Shown here one piece after another: positions 29,523-34,529 of a DNA stretch of 34,529 bases. The notes under the pieces were generated by a model. The model was not told the origin of the DNA. It ran no database searches and saw only the letters and a program-made list of their open reading frames with translations. The position numbers were made by a program, and so were the translations under genes. Numbering within the stretch: position 1 is the stretch's first letter; every line of letters begins with the position of its first letter. Origin of the DNA: Frankiales bacterium (lineage in GTDB: Bacteria > Actinomycetota > Actinomycetes > Mycobacteriales > SCTD01); assembly GCA_025464795.1 (NCBI GenBank), contig JAODNB010000303.1, positions 1-34,529 on the forward strand, in the 5' to 3' direction.

Positions 29523-29528
29523 GCTCTC

Positions 29529-30389
29529 ATGAACGCACCTGTGCGCCCTGACGCTGCCCGCCTGCGGGTCGGTGTGGTCGGTGCTGGCCGGGTGGGGTCC
29601 GTGCTGGGCGCCGCTCTGCGTCGGGCGGGTCATGACGTCGTGGCGGTCAGCGCCGTCAGCGAGGCGTCCAGGGAACGGGCCGCGCGGCTGCTCCCCGGTG
29701 TCCCGGTGCTCAGCCCTGACGAGGTCGTGAGCCGGTCGACCCTCGTGCTGCTCGCGGTCCCCGACGATGTCCTTGCCGGCCTGGTCCAGGGGCTCGCCGA
29801 TCTGGCTTCCTGGCAGCCCGGGCAGCTCGTCGTCCACGTCAGCGGGCGCCACGGCTTGGCTGTGCTGGCCCCTGCCGTCGGGGCACTGCCGATGGCGATC
29901 CACCCGGCACTGCCGTTCAGCGGTGCGGACGTCGACCTGGCCGGTGCCAGCTTCGGTGTGACCGCTCCTGAGGTCTTGTGCCCCATCGCCGAGGCGCTCG
30001 TGCTCGAGATGGGTGGCCGTCCGGTCTGGGTCTCGGAGGAGCTGCGCCCGCTGTGGCATGCGGCTCTCGCCCACGGTGCGAACCACCTGGTCACCCTCGT
30101 CGCAAGTGCGGCCGACATGCTCCGCGAGGCCGGCGCCGAGGACCCAGGGGCCGTCCTCGGTCCGTTGCTCCAGGCAGCCCTGGACGGCGCCCTGCAGCGC
30201 GGCGACGGGGCCCTGACCGGACCGGTGAGCCGGGGTGACGCGGGCACGGTCGCGGCCCACCTCGAGGTCATCCCCGACGCGGTGCGCCCTGCGTACCTCG
30301 CTCTCGCACGGCTCACCGCGGACCGTGCCCTCGCCGCCGGGCGCCTCAAGTCGCAGCAGGCCGAGGGCCTCCTCGGAGTGCTGGCATGA
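29529..30389 (+). CDS. Rossmann-like + DUF2520 oxidoreductase (putative ketopantoate reductase, PanG-like)
   Basis: [42 protein letters not shown]; ATGA overlap with panC. Confidence 0.85.
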   Translation: MNAPVRPDAARLRVGVVGAGRVGSVLGAALRRAGHDVVAVSAVSEASRERAARLLPGVPVLSPDEVVSRSTLVLLAVPDDVLAGLVQGLADLASWQPGQLVVHVSGRHGLAVLAPAVGALPMAIHPALPFSGADVDLAGASFGVTAPEVLCPIAEALVLEMGGRPVWVSEELRPLWHAALAHGANHLVTLVASAADMLREAGAEDPGAVLGPLLQAALDGALQRGDGALTGPVSRGDAGTVAAHLEVIPDAVRPAYLALARLTADRALAAGRLKSQQAEGLLGVLA

Positions 30390-31174
30390 ACGTCGTCTCC
30401 ACGCGCGAAGAGCTTGCGGTCGCGCGCAAGGAGCTCCCCGGGCGCGTGGCCGTCGTCATGACCATGGGCGCGTTGCACGACGGGCACGTCGAGCTCGTCC
30501 GCCAGGCCCGTACCCAGGCCGACTCCGTCGTCGTCACGATCTTCGTCAACCCCCTGCAGTTCGGCGCGAACGAGGACCTCAGCACCTACCCCCGCACGCT
30601 CGACCAGGACCTCGCGCTGCTCGACGGCCTCGCCGACGTGGTCTTCACCCCGACTCCTGAGGTGGTCTACCCGACGGAGGCGCTCGTTCGCGTCAGCGCG
30701 GGCGCACTGGGCACCGTGTTCGAGGGTGCGTCACGACCCGGCCACTTCGACGGTGTGCTCACCGTCGTGCTGAAGCTCATGCACCTCACGACGCCGGATG
30801 TCGCGCTGTTCGGCCAGAAGGACGCCCAGCAGCTCGCAGCCATCCGACGGATGGTGAGCGACCTCGACGTCCCGGTGAAGGTGGTCGCGGTGCCGACCGT
30901 CCGGGAGCCCGACGGCCTCGCGATGTCGAGCCGCAACCGCTACCTCACCGACGAGCAGCGCTCGACCGCGCTGCTGCTCAGCAAGGCCCTGCGGACGCGC
31001 GACGTCGCCGCAGGAAGGGCGCTGTTCGACAGCAGCAGCGCCGACCTCGACTACCTCGAGCGCGTGGACTCGTCCACCTTCGAGGTGACACCTGAGGGTG
31101 ATCTGCTGATCATCGCCGCCAAGGTGGGTACGACCCGGCTGCTCGACAACCTCCCCCTGAAGGACAACAGCTGA
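30386..31174 (+). CDS. panC: Pantoate--beta-alanine ligase
   Basis: [44 protein letters not shown]. Confidence 0.97.
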   Translation: MNVVSTREELAVARKELPGRVAVVMTMGALHDGHVELVRQARTQADSVVVTIFVNPLQFGANEDLSTYPRTLDQDLALLDGLADVVFTPTPEVVYPTEALVRVSAGALGTVFEGASRPGHFDGVLTVVLKLMHLTTPDVALFGQKDAQQLAAIRRMVSDLDVPVKVVAVPTVREPDGLAMSSRNRYLTDEQRSTALLLSKALRTRDVAAGRALFDSSSADLDYLERVDSSTFEVTPEGDLLIIAAKVGTTRLLDNLPLKDNS

Positions 31175-31647
31175 TGCTCCGCACCATGCTCACGAGCAAG
31201 ATCCACCGCGCCACCGTCACCCAGGCCGACCTGCACTACGTGGGCTCGGTGACCGTGGACCAGGACCTGCTGGACGCGGCAGACCTGTACGAGGGCGAGA
31301 AGGTCGCCATCGTCGACGTCACCAACGGGGCGCGGATCGAGACCTACACGATCGCCGGGCCGCGCGGGTCCGGCGTCATCGGCATCAACGGCGCCGCGGC
31401 TCGGCTCATCCACCCTGGTGACCTGGTCATCCTCATCGCGTACGGGCAGATGGACGACGAGGAGGCACGCACCCGCAAGCCGCACGTGGTGTTCGTCGAC
31501 GCGGACAACAAGGTGATCGGCACCGGTAGCGACCCGGCCGAGGCGCTCCCCGAGACCGGCCTCGTCCGCGGGGACCTGCGCTACCCGAGCGACCCCCGTG
31601 ACACGCACGTGGGCAGCTACGACGACGACCCGACGCTCGTCTGGTGA
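31174..31647 (+). CDS. panD: Aspartate 1-decarboxylase
   Basis: [12 protein letters not shown] self-cleavage site, [14 protein letters not shown]. Confidence 0.97.
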   Translation: MLRTMLTSKIHRATVTQADLHYVGSVTVDQDLLDAADLYEGEKVAIVDVTNGARIETYTIAGPRGSGVIGINGAAARLIHPGDLVILIAYGQMDDEEARTRKPHVVFVDADNKVIGTGSDPAEALPETGLVRGDLRYPSDPRDTHVGSYDDDPTLVW

Positions 31648-31651
31648 CTCC

Positions 31652-33259
31652 GTGACAGCAGCCACCCGGCTGCTCGCTCCTGACCCCGGCTGGACGGTGA
31701 CGACGGACGTCGTCGTCGTCGGTTCGGGCGTGGCCGGGCTCATGACCGCGCTCCACGCGACCCGCGCCGGACGCGTGCTGGTCGTCACCAAGGTGCACGT
31801 CGACGACGGTTCGACGCGCTGGGCGCAAGGCGGGGTCGCCGCCGCCCTGGGCACGGACGACTCGCCGCACGAGCACGAGCTGGACACCCTCGAAGCGGGG
31901 GTGGGCATCTGCGACCTCGAGGCGGTGCGGGTCCTCTGCGAGGAGGGCCCTGCGCGACTGCGTGAGCTCATCACCCTCGGCGCGGCGTTCGACCTCGATC
32001 CCGCCGGCGAGCTGCTGCTCACCCGCGAGGGGGGCCACCACCGGGACCGCATCGTGCACGCCGGCGGGGACGCCACGGGAGCGGAGGTCAGCCGCGCCCT
32101 CGTCGCGGCCGTCCTGGCTCACCCGCGGATCCAGCTGATCGAGCACGCGCTCGTCCTGGACCTGCTGCGCACCGCGGACGGGCGCGCCGCCGGGGTGACC
32201 CTGCACGTGCTGGGCGAGGGGACGCAGGACGGAGTCGGGGCCGTCATGGCGAGGGCTGTGGTCCTCGCGACGGGCGGCATGGGTCAGGTCTTCTCGAGCA
32301 CGACCAACCCCTCGGTCTCCACCGGGGACGGGGTCGCTCTCGCGCTGCGCGCCGGCGCCGAGGTCACGGACCTCGAGTTCGTGCAGTTCCACCCGACCGC
32401 GCTGTGGCTGGGCCCCGACGCGACCGGACAGCAGCCGCTCATCAGCGAGGCCGTTCGCGGCGAGGGCGCGTTCCTGGTGGACGGGGACGGTGAGCGGATC
32501 ATCACGACCGCGGACCACCCGCTCGCGGACCTCGCCCCCCGGGACGTGGTCGCGAAGGCCATCACCCGGCGGATGCAGGCCCTCGGCACCGACCACGTCT
32601 TCCTCGATGCCCGTGGCGTTCCCGGGATCGCTGACCGCTTCCCGACGATCGTCGCCCGTTGCCGGCAGGAGGGCGTGGACCCGGTGACCGACCTGATCCC
32701 GGTCGCGCCCGCGGCGCACTACGCGAGCGGAGGTGTGCGGACGGACCTGCACGGTCGTACGTCGGTGCCCGGCCTGTACGCCTGTGGTGAGGTCGCGTGC
32801 ACGGGGGTGCACGGGGCCAACCGGCTCGCCTCCAACTCGCTGCTCGAGGGCCTGGTGTTCGCCGGGCGCATCGGTGCTGACCTCGAGGCCGGTCTTCCCG
32901 AGCAGGGGCTGACCGCGCGACAGGGGCGCGAGCAGGTGCTGCTCGACCCGACCACCCGCCCGGAGCTCGCCCGCACGATGACCGAGGGCTCCGGAGTGCT
33001 GCGCAGCGCTGATTCCCTTGCCGCCACGGCCAAGGCGCTGCTCGCTCTCGAGGGCCGCGACAGCGCTGCACCCTCACCTGCTGCCTGGGAGGCGACCGGT
33101 CTGCATGCCGTCGCCACCGCCCTCGTTGCTGCGGCGCAGCGTCGGGAGGAGACCCGCGGCGCGCACTGGCGGGAGGACTTCCCCCTGGCGTCGGACTCCT
33201 GGCGCGGGCACCTCGTCACGACCCTGAGCGGGACCACCTACCAGCCCGTGGAGGACTGA
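31652..33259 (+). CDS. nadB: L-aspartate oxidase
   Basis: GSGVAG, STRWAQGG, REGGH, FVQFHPT, SEAVRGEG, GVHGANRLASNSLLE, ETRGAHWR. Confidence 0.95.
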   Translation: MTAATRLLAPDPGWTVTTDVVVVGSGVAGLMTALHATRAGRVLVVTKVHVDDGSTRWAQGGVAAALGTDDSPHEHELDTLEAGVGICDLEAVRVLCEEGPARLRELITLGAAFDLDPAGELLLTREGGHHRDRIVHAGGDATGAEVSRALVAAVLAHPRIQLIEHALVLDLLRTADGRAAGVTLHVLGEGTQDGVGAVMARAVVLATGGMGQVFSSTTNPSVSTGDGVALALRAGAEVTDLEFVQFHPTALWLGPDATGQQPLISEAVRGEGAFLVDGDGERIITTADHPLADLAPRDVVAKAITRRMQALGTDHVFLDARGVPGIADRFPTIVARCRQEGVDPVTDLIPVAPAAHYASGGVRTDLHGRTSVPGLYACGEVACTGVHGANRLASNSLLEGLVFAGRIGADLEAGLPEQGLTARQGREQVLLDPTTRPELARTMTEGSGVLRSADSLAATAKALLALEGRDSAAPSPAAWEATGLHAVATALVAAAQRREETRGAHWREDFPLASDSWRGHLVTTLSGTTYQPVED

Positions 33260-33261
33260 CC

Positions 33262-34140
33262 GTGCTGTCCCGTCACGCTCTCGACGCCCTCGCGGCCGCC
33301 GGGCTCGATGCCGCTGCTGTCGAGGAGCTCGCCCACCGCACCGTTGCCGAGGACCTCGCCGGCGGAGTTGACGTCACGAGCACGGCGACCATCCCCGAGG
33401 GCCTGGTCGGCACCGCGGCCTTCGTGCCGCGTGAGGCCGGAGTCGTCGCCGGGATCGGCGTCGCGATGGCCTGCATCGAGGCCGTCGGCCCGGTGAGCTG
33501 GGACCTGGTGCGAGGCGACGGTCCGGCGGCCCAGGGCGAGACCGTTCTGCAGATGACCGGTCCCGTCCGGACCCTGCTGACCGGTGAGCGCTCCGCCCTC
33601 AACCTGCTGTGCCACCTGTCCGGGGTCGCGACACAGACCGCCCTGTGGGTCGCGGCCGTCGAGGGCACCGGCGCCCGGATCCGTGACACCCGCAAGACCA
33701 CCCCTGGGCTGCGCGCGCTGGAGAAGGCCGCCGTCGTCGTCGGCGGTGGGCTCAACCACCGCATGGCGCTCTCCGACGCAGCGCTGGTGAAGGACAACCA
33801 CGTCGTGGCGGCCGGTGGCGTGACGCAGGCCTTCCAAGCCGTACGTGCCATGTGGCCGGGACTCGACGTCGAGGTCGAGTGCGACACCCTCGAGCAGGTC
33901 TCCGAGGTCGTCGCGGCCGGTGCGGACCTCGTCCTGCTGGACAACATGAGCCTCGAGGACATGAGCGCCGCTGTCGCCCTCTGCAAGCCCAAGGGCGTCC
34001 GGACGGAAGCCTCCGGAGGCCTGACCCTCGACCGCGCCCGGCCCGTCGCCGAGACGGGCGTGGACTTCCTCTCCGTCGGCGCTCTCACCCACTCCGCCCC
34101 GGTCCTGGACCTCGGGCTCGACCTGCGCCTCGGAGCCTGA
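33262..34140 (+). CDS. nadC: Nicotinate-nucleotide pyrophosphorylase (carboxylating)
   Basis: ERSALN, DTRKTTPG, NHR, KDNH, EVECD, LLDNM, EASGG, SVGALTHS. Confidence 0.97.
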   Translation: MLSRHALDALAAAGLDAAAVEELAHRTVAEDLAGGVDVTSTATIPEGLVGTAAFVPREAGVVAGIGVAMACIEAVGPVSWDLVRGDGPAAQGETVLQMTGPVRTLLTGERSALNLLCHLSGVATQTALWVAAVEGTGARIRDTRKTTPGLRALEKAAVVVGGGLNHRMALSDAALVKDNHVVAAGGVTQAFQAVRAMWPGLDVEVECDTLEQVSEVVAAGADLVLLDNMSLEDMSAAVALCKPKGVRTEASGGLTLDRARPVAETGVDFLSVGALTHSAPVLDLGLDLRLGA

Positions 34141-34141
34141 C

Positions 34142-34529
34142 GTGCTGCTCACCGTCGACGTCGGCAACACCAACATCGTGCTCGGCCTGTTCGACGGGGA
34201 CCACCTGTTCAGCAGCTACCGGCTGCGCACGGACTCCCGGGTCACGGCGGACGAGCTCGCACTGCTCTTCAACGGGTTGCTGTCGCGTCACCCCCAGCCA
34301 GACGGGGTGGCGGTCTGCTCGACCGTCCCTCAGGTGCTCGACCAGCTGCGCCTGATGTTCGACCGCTACTACGCCGACGCGCACACGGTCGTCGTCGGAC
34401 CAGGCGTGAAGACCGGCGTGGCGCTGATGTACGACAACCCGAAGGAGGTCGGGCCGGACCGCATCGTGAACACCTTGGCGGCCCACACCCTGTACGGCGG
34501 CCCGGCGATCGTCGTCGACTTCGGCACCT
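34142..34529 (+). CDS. coaX: Type III pantothenate kinase (partial, runs off window)
   Basis: Manual translation from GTG 34142: MLLTVDVGNTNIVLG..., STVP, NPKEVGPDRIVN, VVDFGT. Confidence 0.93.
   Translation, partial: MLLTVDVGNTNIVLGLFDGDHLFSSYRLRTDSRVTADELALLFNGLLSRHPQPDGVAVCSTVPQVLDQLRLMFDRYYADAHTVVVGPGVKTGVALMYDNPKEVGPDRIVNTLAAHTLYGGPAIVVDFGT

Overview
High-GC actinobacterial (Actinomycetota) core-chromosome window. Gene order: partial SftH/MrfA-type DEAD/DEAH helicase, a BldG-like anti-anti-sigma/anti-sigma pair, hppA, a sortase-anchored surface protein, an NPPF-type methyltransferase, topA, an MFS-Tmk fusion, holB and tRNA-Thr(CGT). A small variable block follows (prfC, ECF sigma/ZAS anti-sigma, small membrane protein, VOC protein), then ppa, dacB-DUF2342-tilS-hpt-ftsH-folP-SnoaL-folB-folK-DUF3180, an orphan NuoD with a coupled MidA/NDUFAF7-like methyltransferase, a PaaI thioesterase, and DUF2520(panG-like)-panC-panD-nadB-nadC-coaX (partial). 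No CRISPR array, transposase, integrase or prophage gene is evident. The most notable items are the stand-alone methyltransferase+NuoD module with an altered quinone site, a two-bulged-A hairpin (pan-motif-like) in the pantothenate operon leader, a hairpin-bridged RBS plus SigR/SigH-type promoter at ftsH, a methyltransferase with a PqqD/RRE-like tail, and the absence of folE from the fol cluster. All calls come from reading motifs by eye; no database searches were run.
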